Origin: Candidatus Poribacteria bacterium
GTDB taxonomy: Bacteria; Poribacteria; WGA-4E; PCPOR2b
Assembly: GCA_965198175.1 (NCBI GenBank)
Contig: OZ240245.1
Coordinates: 512,001-576,000 of the forward strand
DNA length: 64,000 nt
Direction of reading: 5' to 3'
A model generated the notes under the pieces. The model ran no database searches and was not told the origin of the DNA. It saw only the letters and a program-made list of their open reading frames with translations. Both the position numbers and the translations under genes were made by a program. Shown here in pieces: positions 51,205 through 62,096 of the stretch (position 1 is its first letter; each line of letters opens with the position of its first letter).

Positions 51205-51496
51205 TCCCAAACAAGGGGTTCAGGGAGACCAGTTTGGCAGTGAACAGGATGCTGTTGAGACGATTGCCTATTAACTTAACCATATTCGGGCTATTCTGAG
51301 AACCGGGACAACATCTATTTAGAGGCCATGGCGAAACATCGCCTAAAGAGGTAGAACGATACTTCAGACGGTAGGAGTCGATTTCTACTTGTCCAATTCG
51401 ACTACTTGGCTTTATAATACTGGAGATAAGAATAGATTATTGTGTTCGACAATTCAAGCGTAATGATATTCTGCTTAATGCAAACGCCATCACTTT

Positions 51497-52255
51497 ATGA
51501 TTACGACAACAAATCTTACCAAATGTTTTGGCAAGCTCACAGCCATTGGTGGCCTGACGATGCAGATTGAATCCGGTGAACTCTTTGGCTTCCTGGGTCC
51601 AAACGGTGCTGGAAAAACCACAACAATCAACATGCTAACAGGCTTAATCCGCCCAACACTAGGAACGGCGACGATTTGCGGTTATGATATTCAAGCCCAG
51701 GGACTACAGGCAAAGGCGATTACAGGACTTATGCCCGACACTCCCTATCTCTATGATACGCTGACGGGACGGCAGTATGTCCGTTTCATTGCAGATTTAT
51801 ACGAGATGCCTTCCCAACGATCTGAGAAACGCATGGAGGAACTGTTGGAGATGTTGGATCTGATTGATGTAGCGGATGAGTTAATCAAAAGCTATTCCTA
51901 CGGCATGCAGAAAAAGATTCTCTTGACCGCCGTGCTGGTGCACGAACCGCGTGTACTATTTCTTGATGAACCGACAAGTGGACTTGACCCCAAAAGCGCT
52001 CGCACAGTGAAGGAGATTTTGCGCCTTCTTTGTGATCGCGGTTGCACTGTGTTCATGAGTACGCATATCCTGGAGATTGCAGAGCGGGTCTGCGACCGAA
52101 TCGGTATCATCAACAAAGGGAAACTTGTCGCGGTCGGTACGATGGACGAACTGCGTCAGACCAATGCAGCGATGGATAGGAACCTAGAGGAAATCTTTCT
52201 TGAACTCACAGGGGGCGTTGAGGATAGAGAGATGGTGAAAATTCTATCGGAATAG
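51497..52255 (+). CDS. ABC transporter ATP-binding protein
   Basis: GPNGAGKTT, YSYGM, LDEPTSGLD. Confidence 0.95.
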   Translation: MITTTNLTKCFGKLTAIGGLTMQIESGELFGFLGPNGAGKTTTINMLTGLIRPTLGTATICGYDIQAQGLQAKAITGLMPDTPYLYDTLTGRQYVRFIADLYEMPSQRSEKRMEELLEMLDLIDVADELIKSYSYGMQKKILLTAVLVHEPRVLFLDEPTSGLDPKSARTVKEILRLLCDRGCTVFMSTHILEIAERVCDRIGIINKGKLVAVGTMDELRQTNAAMDRNLEEIFLELTGGVEDREMVKILSE

Positions 52256-52304
52256 TTGCAGGTAATCTGTGTAATTCTACGCATCTGTGTTCTAATTACC
52301 AATC

Positions 52305-53951
52305 ATGCACACATTAGCAATTTTACTCAAAAGCAGTTGGTACGGTTGGGCAAATGGCTTTCGATGCGCTTCGGAGGAGAAACGTAAGAAGATTGGAGAG
52401 ATTATCGGTTTCTTCGTGCTGATTGCTGCCCTCTACTGGCTGGGTCGCGCAGTATTCAGAGCGGCGGAAATCCAACTGAGCGATGCGTATGGAACAACTA
52501 TTTTAAACTTAATCAACATCTTCATGACACTTGGTGTATGTATCATGATGAAGGATGCGATGGAAGGCGCATTGAAGCAACTCTACGAAGCACCGGATAC
52601 ACCACTACTCATATCATCACCCCTGCCGCCTTCTACCGTTTTTGGGTTTAAATTAATCCAAATCATCGCCTCCAGTTTCCTGAGTATGGTCATCTGGCTA
52701 CTCCCACCTTGGTTTGCGCTCGGTCAGTTGTTTCATCTGCCCTGGCATTTCTACCTTGCGCTTCTACCGGCGTGTTTCTGCTTGCTTGTCATCATTGTCA
52801 GCGTAATTTCCATATTAACTTTGTTGATTGTGCACTTTTTTTCGTCGCGTCTGATGATAAAATTCTTAAAAATTCTCGGTTCGACCATTGGAGTAACCGC
52901 AGGATTTCTTATATCAGTAAGCTTCCTCGCCCCGGACCTGGCTGCCCGGTTCACCCTCGACTGGTTGGAAGTACCGACATCGGATTGGCTTCCTCACCTA
53001 TGGGTGGCAAAATTGATGATGGCTTGGCTTCCTGAATCGAGAACGCCCGCTTTGCGTTGGGCGACCCAACTGGTTGGTGTGGGTGCAGGGGTATCAGTTT
53101 TGAGTGTGCTCATTGCCTCCAAGGTTTACTATCGAAGTTGGGAGTATGCTAGACGAGTGGAAGTGAAGGCTGATCGAAAAGGGAAAAAACGATTCGGTAA
53201 CTCCTTCGTAGGGCGTGGGCAGATTCGTTCGATGCTAGCGAAAGATTTTCTGGTGTTTGTGCGGAATAGGAAACAGATGACAACGGTTGTCATATTGACA
53301 TTAATCGTCTTAGTAGGAATGGTTCTGACAGCTACTAAAATTCGGGATAGTGGTGCAGAGGATCGAGACGCCTACATCTTACTGGGAATCCAAATCATAA
53401 TTTATAGCGTGATGGCTAGTGTGATGACAACGCTAGAGTTCACATGGGGCGGGTTCAAAGCCGAGGCGAAAACCTGGTGGATCCTAAAATCAGGACCGGT
53501 TTCACCAGAGTTACTTTTCAAGAGCAAAATTTTGATAGCAACCTTTTGCTCGGTTGCTTACACAAATGTCTGTTTTTGCCTGTGGCTGATTCTGTTTCGG
53601 GTATCCCTGGTACTGTGGTTGCCAATCCTAATGGTCACAACAATTACGACAGCTGCTGCGATTGCATTCAACACCGCGATGGGTGCGCTGCCTTGGGTGG
53701 CGGAGATCGGAGAATCATATCGGGATTCGAGAAAAAGGCCAGTTACCCGAATCGCGACAATTCTTTTGACAATTGTTACTAATGCTGTGTTGCTGAGTCC
53801 TGCACTTGTTTGGGGAATTGTTGTGCTTAGCGAAGAGTCGATTAGGATGCTGCAGGGAATCGGTATTGCTGTAACCTTGATAGTGATGATTGGGGTTTGG
53901 AGGTTATCTTATCTGTCTGGCAAGCGATCACTACGCAAATTGCTGAGTTAG
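52305..53951 (+). CDS. ABC-2-type permease
   Basis: Many TM helices, LLISSPL, AKDFLVFVRN; next to the ATPase. Confidence 0.8.
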   Translation: MHTLAILLKSSWYGWANGFRCASEEKRKKIGEIIGFFVLIAALYWLGRAVFRAAEIQLSDAYGTTILNLINIFMTLGVCIMMKDAMEGALKQLYEAPDTPLLISSPLPPSTVFGFKLIQIIASSFLSMVIWLLPPWFALGQLFHLPWHFYLALLPACFCLLVIIVSVISILTLLIVHFFSSRLMIKFLKILGSTIGVTAGFLISVSFLAPDLAARFTLDWLEVPTSDWLPHLWVAKLMMAWLPESRTPALRWATQLVGVGAGVSVLSVLIASKVYYRSWEYARRVEVKADRKGKKRFGNSFVGRGQIRSMLAKDFLVFVRNRKQMTTVVILTLIVLVGMVLTATKIRDSGAEDRDAYILLGIQIIIYSVMASVMTTLEFTWGGFKAEAKTWWILKSGPVSPELLFKSKILIATFCSVAYTNVCFCLWLILFRVSLVLWLPILMVTTITTAAAIAFNTAMGALPWVAEIGESYRDSRKRPVTRIATILLTIVTNAVLLSPALVWGIVVLSEESIRMLQGIGIAVTLIVMIGVWRLSYLSGKRSLRKLLS

Positions 53952-54042
53952 AATGCGGATTGATAGGATAGCACGAACTAAACAAACCTAATGCGCCGCG
54001 CGCCACGTTTTACGTTGAACTTCATTTCATGTGGGAGGGAGA

Positions 54043-54558
54043 ATGCTAATCGCTTATCAAAACACATTGCCGAAAATTCATCCATCGGCTTTCATCGCCG
54101 AGGGGGCGATGATTATTGGAGATGTTACCATTGGCGAAGAATCGAGTGTTTGGTTCAATTGCGTGTTGCGGGGCGATTTGGACCGCATCGAAGTTGGGGC
54201 GCGCACCAACATTCAGGATGGCGCAGTTGTGCATATGGATAGAAATTTCGCCGCTATGATTGGCGATGATGTGACAATCGGTCATGGAGCAATTATTCAC
54301 GGCTGCACCATTGGTGACGGCGCGATGATATCAATGGGGGCTATTATCCTCACCGGTGCCAAAATCGGAGCGCGTGGAATTGTCGGCGCTGGTGCTGTTG
54401 TACGCGAAGGACAGGAAATACCTCCGGAATCTTTGGTTGTAGGCATTCCTGCACGAATTAAGCGAGAGGTTACAGCGGAAGAACTCGAGCGCATGCAAGT
54501 CGGAAAAGATGACTACGTTCTGCGAGGACAGTTGATGAGAGTGGCAAAAGAAAACTGA
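54043..54558 (+). CDS. Gamma-carbonic anhydrase family protein
   Basis: VLRGD, TNIQDGAVVH, TIGHGAIIHGC hexapeptide repeats. Confidence 0.92.
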   Translation: MLIAYQNTLPKIHPSAFIAEGAMIIGDVTIGEESSVWFNCVLRGDLDRIEVGARTNIQDGAVVHMDRNFAAMIGDDVTIGHGAIIHGCTIGDGAMISMGAIILTGAKIGARGIVGAGAVVREGQEIPPESLVVGIPARIKREVTAEELERMQVGKDDYVLRGQLMRVAKEN

Positions 54559-54677
54559 TGCCGATGTGAGGCACATTCGCATTGAAGTAATCGCCTAAAA
54601 TCCAATATTATCGAACATCAACCTTTCTTTACAAAAGGGAGGGACATGCGAAATCCCTCGCCACAGGAGTTTATCAG

Positions 54678-56594
54678 ATGGAGTACGCATCTCGATCTGA
54701 CAGCAGGTCAAGCGGTCTGACACTGAGAGCGCTCTGCATCGGCATCGTCCTCATTGTCGCAAATTCGTACTGGCTGAATGAGGCGACCTGGGCGGGGCGC
54801 ATACTACACACCTATATTTCACTATTCATCAATACGGTCTTCTGCCTATTTGTGCTCGTCCTCATGAATTTCTTGTTGAGGCGAATCCGTCCCCAATATG
54901 CATTCCACCGATCCGAACTCCTTGTCATATATGTGATGATCCTCATGGTTTCCACACTTAGTGGAAACACAAATATGGGGTACCTAATCTACATTCTTGC
55001 CTATCCCTTTTGGTTTGAGACCGCAGAAAATGATTGGTTGCAGCTCTTTGGAGGTCACATCCCACAGTGGTTTACTGTACGGGATAAGGAGGTGCTGCGT
55101 GATTTTTATGAGGGAGAGTCGTCGTTTTTTATTGCTCAGCACGTCTACGGTTGGCTCACGCCGCTCCTTGTATGGTCCGCCTTCGTATTTATCCTCTACT
55201 TTACCCTCATCTGCATGAATGTGATTCTCAGGAAACAGTTTACAGAACATGAGCGGTTGACCTTTCCAATCACTTGGCTGCCACTGGAGATGGGGAATAA
55301 TCCGACAAGTTTTTTTAAGAATCGGTTAATGTGGATTGGATTTGGCATCGCCGGCGGGATTGAGATCATCAACGGTATCCATTTCCTCTATCCACCTACG
55401 CCTTCTATCCCTATGGGATTCCAGAACCTTTCCTACCTGTTCCAAGAGAAACCTTGGAATGCCGTTGGCACAATCCTTTTCACTGCTCGTCCCTTCGTAA
55501 TAGGTCTAGCTTTTTTTATGCCCGTGGATTTAGCGTTTTCTTCATGGTTCTTTTACTTTTTTGGTAAAATCTTGCTTGTGCTGAAGAGCGCTTTGGGCTG
55601 GCGTACCGACCTCTATCTTGACGAGCAATCGGAGGGGGCATGGATTGGGTTAGGGGTTCTCGCTTTATGGATTGGACGACGGCACTTGAGGCGTGTTATT
55701 ATGCAAGCGGTGTCGGGGAAGGGATATGTGGATGATTCAGCAGAACCAATACCGTATAAATGGGCTGTTTGGGGAATGTTATGCGGTATACTTTGTGTCG
55801 TTCTGTTTGGATATAAAGCGGGGGCTTCTCTTTTGCCCCTTCTGGTCTTTTTCGGCGTCTACTTCCTGATGGCGATTAGCCTGACAAAAGTCCGGGCTGG
55901 CTTGGGACCGCCAATGCATGAGGTGATTGGCAAAGACCCCGCGGCAACGATGGTGTCTGCCCTGGGAACGCGAATGATTGGGGCGAGCAGCTTAACCGTT
56001 CTATCCTTCTTTTTCTGGTTGAACCGCGTCAATACCGCACATCCCATGCCGAATCAACTGGAAGCCTTTCATATCGGTCATCAGGCTAAGATAAACAGTA
56101 GAAAGCTCCTATTGGCAATGCTAATAGGGTTAGCAGTCGGTATCCCCGTAACGTTTCTAACTTATCTCGGCCTTTCCTATGACTTCGGTGGCTTTGGTGC
56201 ACGTCACACGCTAGTGCCAATGAGCCATACTTTTCATACACTGCAAAAGCGGTTGATTTATCAGACGGATGTGGATTACGCTGCAATGCTTGCCATGGGC
56301 ACGGGGCTCGGCTTCACGCTGGTTTTGATAGCGTTGAAGTTGCGGTTTTTCTGGTGGCCCTTCCATCCGATCGGTTACGTCATCGGAACAGGGAGTTGGG
56401 GGGATATGTCTTTTTACTGGTTTCCCGTGCTTGTCAGTTGGGCGATTAAGACTGTTGTGCTAAGACATGGCGGTTTGCAAGCCTATCGAAAAGCGATTCC
56501 CTTTTTTGCTGGCCTGATTCTTGGAGACTACGTGGGAGGCTCAATTTGGGGTGTCATCGGCGTCGTGCTTAAAATACCAACCTATAGCATGTAG
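54678..56594 (+). CDS. Polytopic membrane protein (DUF6785/DUF6784-like, OPT-related)
   Basis: HERLTFPI, FWWPFHPIGY, PFFAGLILGD. Confidence 0.7.
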   Translation: MEYASRSDSRSSGLTLRALCIGIVLIVANSYWLNEATWAGRILHTYISLFINTVFCLFVLVLMNFLLRRIRPQYAFHRSELLVIYVMILMVSTLSGNTNMGYLIYILAYPFWFETAENDWLQLFGGHIPQWFTVRDKEVLRDFYEGESSFFIAQHVYGWLTPLLVWSAFVFILYFTLICMNVILRKQFTEHERLTFPITWLPLEMGNNPTSFFKNRLMWIGFGIAGGIEIINGIHFLYPPTPSIPMGFQNLSYLFQEKPWNAVGTILFTARPFVIGLAFFMPVDLAFSSWFFYFFGKILLVLKSALGWRTDLYLDEQSEGAWIGLGVLALWIGRRHLRRVIMQAVSGKGYVDDSAEPIPYKWAVWGMLCGILCVVLFGYKAGASLLPLLVFFGVYFLMAISLTKVRAGLGPPMHEVIGKDPAATMVSALGTRMIGASSLTVLSFFFWLNRVNTAHPMPNQLEAFHIGHQAKINSRKLLLAMLIGLAVGIPVTFLTYLGLSYDFGGFGARHTLVPMSHTFHTLQKRLIYQTDVDYAAMLAMGTGLGFTLVLIALKLRFFWWPFHPIGYVIGTGSWGDMSFYWFPVLVSWAIKTVVLRHGGLQAYRKAIPFFAGLILGDYVGGSIWGVIGVVLKIPTYSM

Positions 56595-56608
56595 TTCTTT
56601 AATGAGTC

Positions 56609-57157
56609 TCAAGGATCTGTTTGGATAATTGATCCGTGTTTAGGAGATAGGAGGCGTTTTGTAGGCAGATCGACCGAGAAAATTTCGGTCACATGGATGA
56701 GCGATTCCTCCGTCTGAGACCGGGCTAACATGTGCATTGGATCTGACAAACTCGCTTGCTTGAGCGGTTGATAGAATGTTGCGATACTCGCAACCGTCAC
56801 AATCAATGCCAGCGAGAACCCTACAGCGTAGGAGGAGGGGCGTGTCCAGAAACGATACTGCAGCCATGTCAGTGACGACTCCAACCTCCGAAAGGTTCGC
56901 CGTATGGACGAAACTCGTTGCCTCTCCATAACGGAGAGGGTTGAAACTTGCCGCATCACGTCGGACAGGAATTCATTCGATGTTCTGACCGGATCAAGCT
57001 GGCTCAGGATTTTGTCAGTTTGTTGTAGGCGCATAGCCTCATGCGCACAAGTTGGACATCGCTTGATATGCAGCTGAATCAACCGCATTCTCCATTGCGG
57101 CATCTCCCGATCCAAATAAGCGGATACCTGGGGTCGAATATCTTCACAATTTAGCAT
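56609..57157 (-). CDS. Zinc-finger (ZAS) anti-sigma factor
   Basis: C..SAYLD..HIKRCPTC, one TM helix; overlaps the ECF gene. Confidence 0.85.
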   Translation of the reverse strand: MLNCEDIRPQVSAYLDREMPQWRMRLIQLHIKRCPTCAHEAMRLQQTDKILSQLDPVRTSNEFLSDVMRQVSTLSVMERQRVSSIRRTFRRLESSLTWLQYRFWTRPSSYAVGFSLALIVTVASIATFYQPLKQASLSDPMHMLARSQTEESLIHVTEIFSVDLPTKRLLSPKHGSIIQTDP

Positions 57158-57743
57158 TAGAACTCTCTCCAATTCCCGCTTCGACGAGGAGCTTTTTCAT
57201 CTTTTGGCGCGCCCGATGAATAAGGGATTTCACGGCGCTAATTGAACAGTCAAGCACTTCCGCAACCGCTTCATATCTCAAATCGTGATAGGTCACAAGG
57301 ATTAATGCCAACCGCTGATTTTCGGGCAGACAGTTGATTGTTTGCTGAATGACTAGCTGTTGTTCCTTCTTTTCGTAGAGCTCGTCGGGAAGATTTCTTA
57401 CATCCTGCATCAGTGAAGCGTAGCTTACATCCTCTTCTTCGGACATCAGATCGTCAAGGAATACAGTATTTCGCCGCTTACGGTTACGAACCTCGTTCCG
57501 ACATAGATTCGTTGCAATGAGGTAGATCCAATTTTTGAATTGAGATTTAGGTTCATAATGACCTGAATTTCTGAAAACTCTCAGGAACGTCTCTTGCGTG
57601 AGATCTTCCGCGCGATGATAATCGCCGATGGACTTGTAAATGAAATTGATAATCACATCCTTATAACGCATCATCAACAACTCAAACGCGCTCATGTCAC
57701 CGTTACGACATTTCATCATCAATTCTTCATCCGAAGTACGCAA
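57144..57743 (-). CDS. ECF sigma-70 factor
   Basis: AEDLTQETFLRVF, FKNWIYLIATN, SAVKSLIHRAR. Confidence 0.93.
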   Translation of the reverse strand: MRTSDEELMMKCRNGDMSAFELLMMRYKDVIINFIYKSIGDYHRAEDLTQETFLRVFRNSGHYEPKSQFKNWIYLIATNLCRNEVRNRKRRNTVFLDDLMSEEEDVSYASLMQDVRNLPDELYEKKEQQLVIQQTINCLPENQRLALILVTYHDLRYEAVAEVLDCSISAVKSLIHRARQKMKKLLVEAGIGESSNAKL

Positions 57744-57965
57744 AATGTATTTCCCTTCTTCAAACGATGAGAATCCATCTTCGCGGAATTGAGAAACTTA
57801 GGGGTCGCAATTTTTTAACGCCCTCATAAGGTTACCCAAAATACGGAAAAAGCACAAGAAAAATCTGGGGGTTTTCGACTTTTCACGCGCTACCTAGTGC
57901 TGTAGAAAGCGGAACAATTCTTTGAGCCGATTCGCGGAACGATGAAATCTAGCAAAAGACCAAAC

Positions 57966-58298
57966 TTAATCGCAGCCGCAAAGGTTTTGATCCGATGCAA
58001 CCATCCTCTGGAAAACCTGATTACGAAAGATGTATTTCTGATTGCCATACCACTCGATTCGCCAGAGATCAAATCCGCGTTCAAAATCGACGATCCGATC
58101 CGGCTTACCCAGTTTAGCATGGAGCGCTTCGACGGTCTGTTCATCCCGGTCGACCAAATACTTCGTCAAAATCGCAATGCCAGATAAAATTGCCGCCAGT
58201 GCCAATTTCCCCCGGGTTTTGACGGTGATGCTATGGGCAGTTGAGATGGGAGTCAATAGGAAAACAATCAATAATAGATAGCAAGTGAACTTTTTCAT
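57966..58298 (-). CDS. Hypothetical exported protein
   Basis: MKKF signal peptide, LGKPD motif. Confidence 0.6.
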   Translation of the reverse strand: MKKFTCYLLLIVFLLTPISTAHSITVKTRGKLALAAILSGIAILTKYLVDRDEQTVEALHAKLGKPDRIVDFERGFDLWRIEWYGNQKYIFRNQVFQRMVASDQNLCGCD

Positions 58299-58345
58299 GA
58301 GAACGACTCAATTCTCGAAGAACCTGAGAGCAGCAGTTGAACTAT

Positions 58346-59173
58346 CTACGCAGCAGAGGGATAACCCAAGGTTTTCATCACTTGACGGATATAAGGCATA
58401 CCGATTTTCGAACCCTCCTCCGGGAAAGGATAAAGCCAGAGATCGAGCATCATGGGCCCCTGGTAATGAATCGCTTTCAGTGCGGCGACAATTCCGTCGA
58501 GATCCAAACAACCTGTTCCGGGCGCGAAATGCAACTCCGAACTGTGTTTGTCACTGTCCGCGAAATGAACATTGTTGATTCGATGTCCAAGTTTGGGGAT
58601 GGCATCAATATAGCCATTGGGCAATCCAACTGCAAAGTGGCAGGAGTCATAAGTAATACCGAAGAACGGCGAGTCAATCCGGTCGTAGAGCTTGCAGGCA
58701 AAATCCACATCTATACCCACCGTGTACGGGTGTATCTCCACGGTGATGGTGATTCCCTTGGTCTCAGCGTACGAAACCGCCTCGCGGAAGATATTCACGG
58801 TTTCATCCAGCACCCAGCCGTGAAGATCGCTGTCCGTCATACTTTCTAACCTTCTCCCATCCCAGCTTAGGAGCTGGTTCATGCCCATTGAAGCCGCGAT
58901 ATCGACGTCTTGTTTTAACCCTTGTACGATTCCTTCGACATCATCTGGGGACTCAAGCGCCTCGAAATAAGGGGGCGCCGCTGAATTCAATCCGACAAGG
59001 GACAGCCCCAACGAGGAAATATGTTCTGCAAGCTGCTTCCGTAATTCATCCGTTTTGCACACTTCAATTTGCGGCGGCCAAAGTTCAACGGCGTCAAACC
59101 CGAATTTAACCATTGAACGTAGCGCTTCTTCTAAAGGGGACTTTAGGAAAATCATAGGGTTGCCAATAACCAT
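58346..59173 (-). CDS. Sugar phosphate isomerase/epimerase
   Basis: GFDAVEL, VEIHP, YDSCH, VHFADS, PGTGCLD. Confidence 0.88.
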   Translation of the reverse strand: MVIGNPMIFLKSPLEEALRSMVKFGFDAVELWPPQIEVCKTDELRKQLAEHISSLGLSLVGLNSAAPPYFEALESPDDVEGIVQGLKQDVDIAASMGMNQLLSWDGRRLESMTDSDLHGWVLDETVNIFREAVSYAETKGITITVEIHPYTVGIDVDFACKLYDRIDSPFFGITYDSCHFAVGLPNGYIDAIPKLGHRINNVHFADSDKHSSELHFAPGTGCLDLDGIVAALKAIHYQGPMMLDLWLYPFPEEGSKIGMPYIRQVMKTLGYPSAA

Positions 59174-59277
59174 TTGGATGCTCCTTTCTCAGAGGCTTGG
59201 TATGAATGCTTTTGCGGACAAACGCGCCGTGTCTTCCTGCCTTGGGACAACAGGGCTTGTCTCAAATTCAAACTCGC

Positions 59278-60171
59278 TTACTTGCTAGCGGATTCAATGA
59301 CATCTAGCACTTCTCCGTAGCTGGACGGCGTCCGACCTTCAAAGCGTTCACGCAGCTTGATTTCATCCGCCACCCACCGGAGACGCTGTAGGGTGCCACG
59401 CGCCATCAACGGTTCAACGCCGAGTTCCTCCATCGTGTGAACTACTTGTTCCATTTCTGTAGCTCTCCGCGCCGCGTGCTCTACCTGTTCGAGAACGAGC
59501 TCAGACATCATCTGCCGGAACGGGAGCAGGAACGGTCCCAGTTCGAGAATCTCCTCTAGTGAGTCAAACACCTGTTCGGTTGCACCGTAACGATGCGCGG
59601 CGACCATAAACTCGACAACGATTGCCTCCAGACCCTTGGTGTAGACGCTGCGAATCATTTTTACAGTTGAAGCAAGTCCGATTTTGGCACCGATCGCTCG
59701 CACGTCCATCCCCCAGCCCTGTAGTGTGTCTGCAAGTTCTGCGGCACCTTCTCCGGAAACTACGGTGCTCACTTGGTGGCGCTGCCTCTTCAGGGGGCCC
59801 ATAATCGCGCCGTCAATAAATCGACCGCCGGCTGCTTGTATGACCGCCGCTGCCGCCTCCTTGGTCTTGAGCGAAGCTGCGTTCAGATCAAGATAGAACT
59901 TGCCAGCGATTTCAGAAGATGCCTGTTGAGCCACCTCGGGGGCGGCTGTCGGCGCAACTAGAGAAATGATGATGTTTGATGTTGCAGCAACCTCACTAGC
60001 CTCGCGGCACAAGATGACGCCTGCAGAATCTGCCCGCGCCTGGACTTCATCGCTCCACGGCTCGCGCTTCCAGACGTGAATCTCCGTCAACCCCTCAGAA
60101 TGAAGTCCTTTTGTTATCTCGTAGCTCGCAGTGCCGAAGCCCAACACTCCCAACCTCAATTGTTCACCCAA
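59278..60171 (-). CDS. NAD(P)-dependent oxidoreductase (6PGD/3-hydroxyisobutyrate DH-like, DUF1932)
   Basis: LGVLGFG, YLDLNA, FIDGAIMG, KMIRSVYTKG. Confidence 0.85.
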   Translation of the reverse strand: MGEQLRLGVLGFGTASYEITKGLHSEGLTEIHVWKREPWSDEVQARADSAGVILCREASEVAATSNIIISLVAPTAAPEVAQQASSEIAGKFYLDLNAASLKTKEAAAAVIQAAGGRFIDGAIMGPLKRQRHQVSTVVSGEGAAELADTLQGWGMDVRAIGAKIGLASTVKMIRSVYTKGLEAIVVEFMVAAHRYGATEQVFDSLEEILELGPFLLPFRQMMSELVLEQVEHAARRATEMEQVVHTMEELGVEPLMARGTLQRLRWVADEIKLRERFEGRTPSSYGEVLDVIESASK

Positions 60172-60751
60172 TTTTGTTTCCTCCTATCCGACTCAGATTC
60201 ACACCATACGCAGAGTGGTTCGATATCGCTTGATTGTCGGTCCTAGTTTCAACAAAAAACTTCGCTTACATTTTACCACACGCTAGGTTGAATACCAAAC
60301 CATTTATCTCGTCATAAATTTCTACTCGTCCGCAGGGGTTGATTGTCTGAACTGTGATTTATAGGATTCAATGATTTGCAAGATTAGAGACACTTGTTGA
60401 TTGAGCATCGTCCGTCGCAGTATTTGCGAATTATTTTTTTTTAAACTACATTCAGATTGTGGTATGCACAAACTAACAGTTTTCGCTACTAGAGTGCCTC
60501 CGATTTTGAGGGTAATTAGATTCTTCTCTACGACTATAAATATAACCAATCTATCTATGCGCGAACACGCTCAGTTTCTGTATGTCTTAGTGCATATCGT
60601 CATCGTTCATTAACATACAATCATAATATGTGTAAATATGAATGTAAATGACTATAGATTGAACACCCAAAAAGAGTGAGGTAGGGAATAGTCAGGACGA
60701 GCATTATTGTAAATCAGCCAATCCAAATTTGCAAGAGGTTTCCGAAACGAC

Positions 60752-60784
60752 AAAAAAGCCCTGCATCGGCTGATACAGGGCTTT
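60752..60784 (-). terminator. Intrinsic terminator
   Basis: AAAGCCCTG..CAGGGC-TTTTTT after the 60807 stop. Confidence 0.7.
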
Positions 60785-60806
60785 GGATAAGGTTCGAAAG
60801 GCTTGC

Positions 60807-61856
60807 TCACCGCTCCGCTTTGAGATGTCCCCAAGTCGTTAACAACTTCGATTGGGGTTCAACAGACACTGCAGAAATAAATGCTCTCATATCTTCAACA
60901 CTTGTCGAATCTCCGAACGGCGCTGTAACCTCCTGCGCTCCGCCAATCGAATTCTCGTCAACCCATACCTTGGTTATAATGCCCGCATCACTGGTTATCT
61001 GCACATTGTCAACCATCATACCAAATAGCCCCGCTGGATTATCCGGATTCTCTCCGTTATCCGTGCCTACTGTAATGGCAACAATTTCACTTCCAGCAAA
61101 ATCTCCGAGTGAGACCTTACGATGTTTCCAATCCGCCCCAGCGTCATCATCGACGAGACCAACGATATTGCCATCGGCAGTGTGGACGTAAACACCGCCC
61201 TCTGTATGGACGCTAATCCCTGAGAACATCACCTGATATTCAAGGGACATACCCGCTTGTATCTCCATTGTCCCTTCCCAGAGCGCGATGAAGCCTTTCG
61301 CTGGCGTGTTTGCGCTCGAAATCGTTGTTTCGAACGATAGCACATCGCCTTCCGGCTCGGTTCTCACAGGTTCGAGCGGTGCGCCAGTAATCGCGCCATC
61401 TTCGGTTACCATGTCCAACGACTGCGCGTCCGAATCTAGAAGCGTGACATCCAGACCGAGTGTGGATGTTTTCACAGCGATAACCTCAAACATAACTGTT
61501 GCCAGTATTCCGTCTCCATTGACTCCGGACACCGCGCCTAAGAGGGTGGCACCGAAACTAATTTTTCCCTCCTCAACCCTTGTTGGAAGCGTTGGCGGAC
61601 CAATTGATCCCGGCAGGAACTCGCCATTTTGGACGCTGACATAGGAAAGCGCAGTTGGGTCAAACGTAATGCTAATTTCATATCCAAAGACATTTGCCCC
61701 ATCCGTGATGTGAATCTCAATTGTAAATTGCTGTGCAACGTTGGGTGATTCCATCACAGAGGGATTGAACGATACGACAGTCTGGGTGTGTCCAATTGCT
61801 GGAATCGACAAACAAACGACTACCGCGCAAACGGCAACCTTCAGTAATTGTTTCAT
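60807..61856 (-). CDS. Secreted cohesin-domain protein with conserved tail
   Basis: Signal peptide, ITFDPTALSYV..GEFL..GDGILATVMF, VSVEPQSKLLTTWGHLK. Confidence 0.78.
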   Translation of the reverse strand: MKQLLKVAVCAVVVCLSIPAIGHTQTVVSFNPSVMESPNVAQQFTIEIHITDGANVFGYEISITFDPTALSYVSVQNGEFLPGSIGPPTLPTRVEEGKISFGATLLGAVSGVNGDGILATVMFEVIAVKTSTLGLDVTLLDSDAQSLDMVTEDGAITGAPLEPVRTEPEGDVLSFETTISSANTPAKGFIALWEGTMEIQAGMSLEYQVMFSGISVHTEGGVYVHTADGNIVGLVDDDAGADWKHRKVSLGDFAGSEIVAITVGTDNGENPDNPAGLFGMMVDNVQITSDAGIITKVWVDENSIGGAQEVTAPFGDSTSVEDMRAFISAVSVEPQSKLLTTWGHLKAER

Positions 61857-62003
61857 TGGTTTTCTCCTTAAATTTAATATGTTAAAGTTGAAGTATTTAA
61901 AGTGCTCAAGAGGTAACGCTCAAAAATCTGAAAATCTCAGTTGCATCTAGCTATATCGCCGTGACTTCAGAAAAACTCGGTTTCTCGCCTCAATTTTGCG
62001 GAG

Positions 62004-62084
62004 CTACTTGACAATCGCCATCCGCCGCAACGCGGAATATTCCCCCGCACGGAGCTGATAGAAATAGACACCGCTTGCTACCGA
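62004..62084 (-). pseudogene. Orphan FlgD-Ig/T9SS-like C-terminal tail
   Basis: SVASGVYFYQLRAGEYSALRRMAIVK*. Confidence 0.7.
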
Positions 62085-62096
62085 GTAACATCGTCC

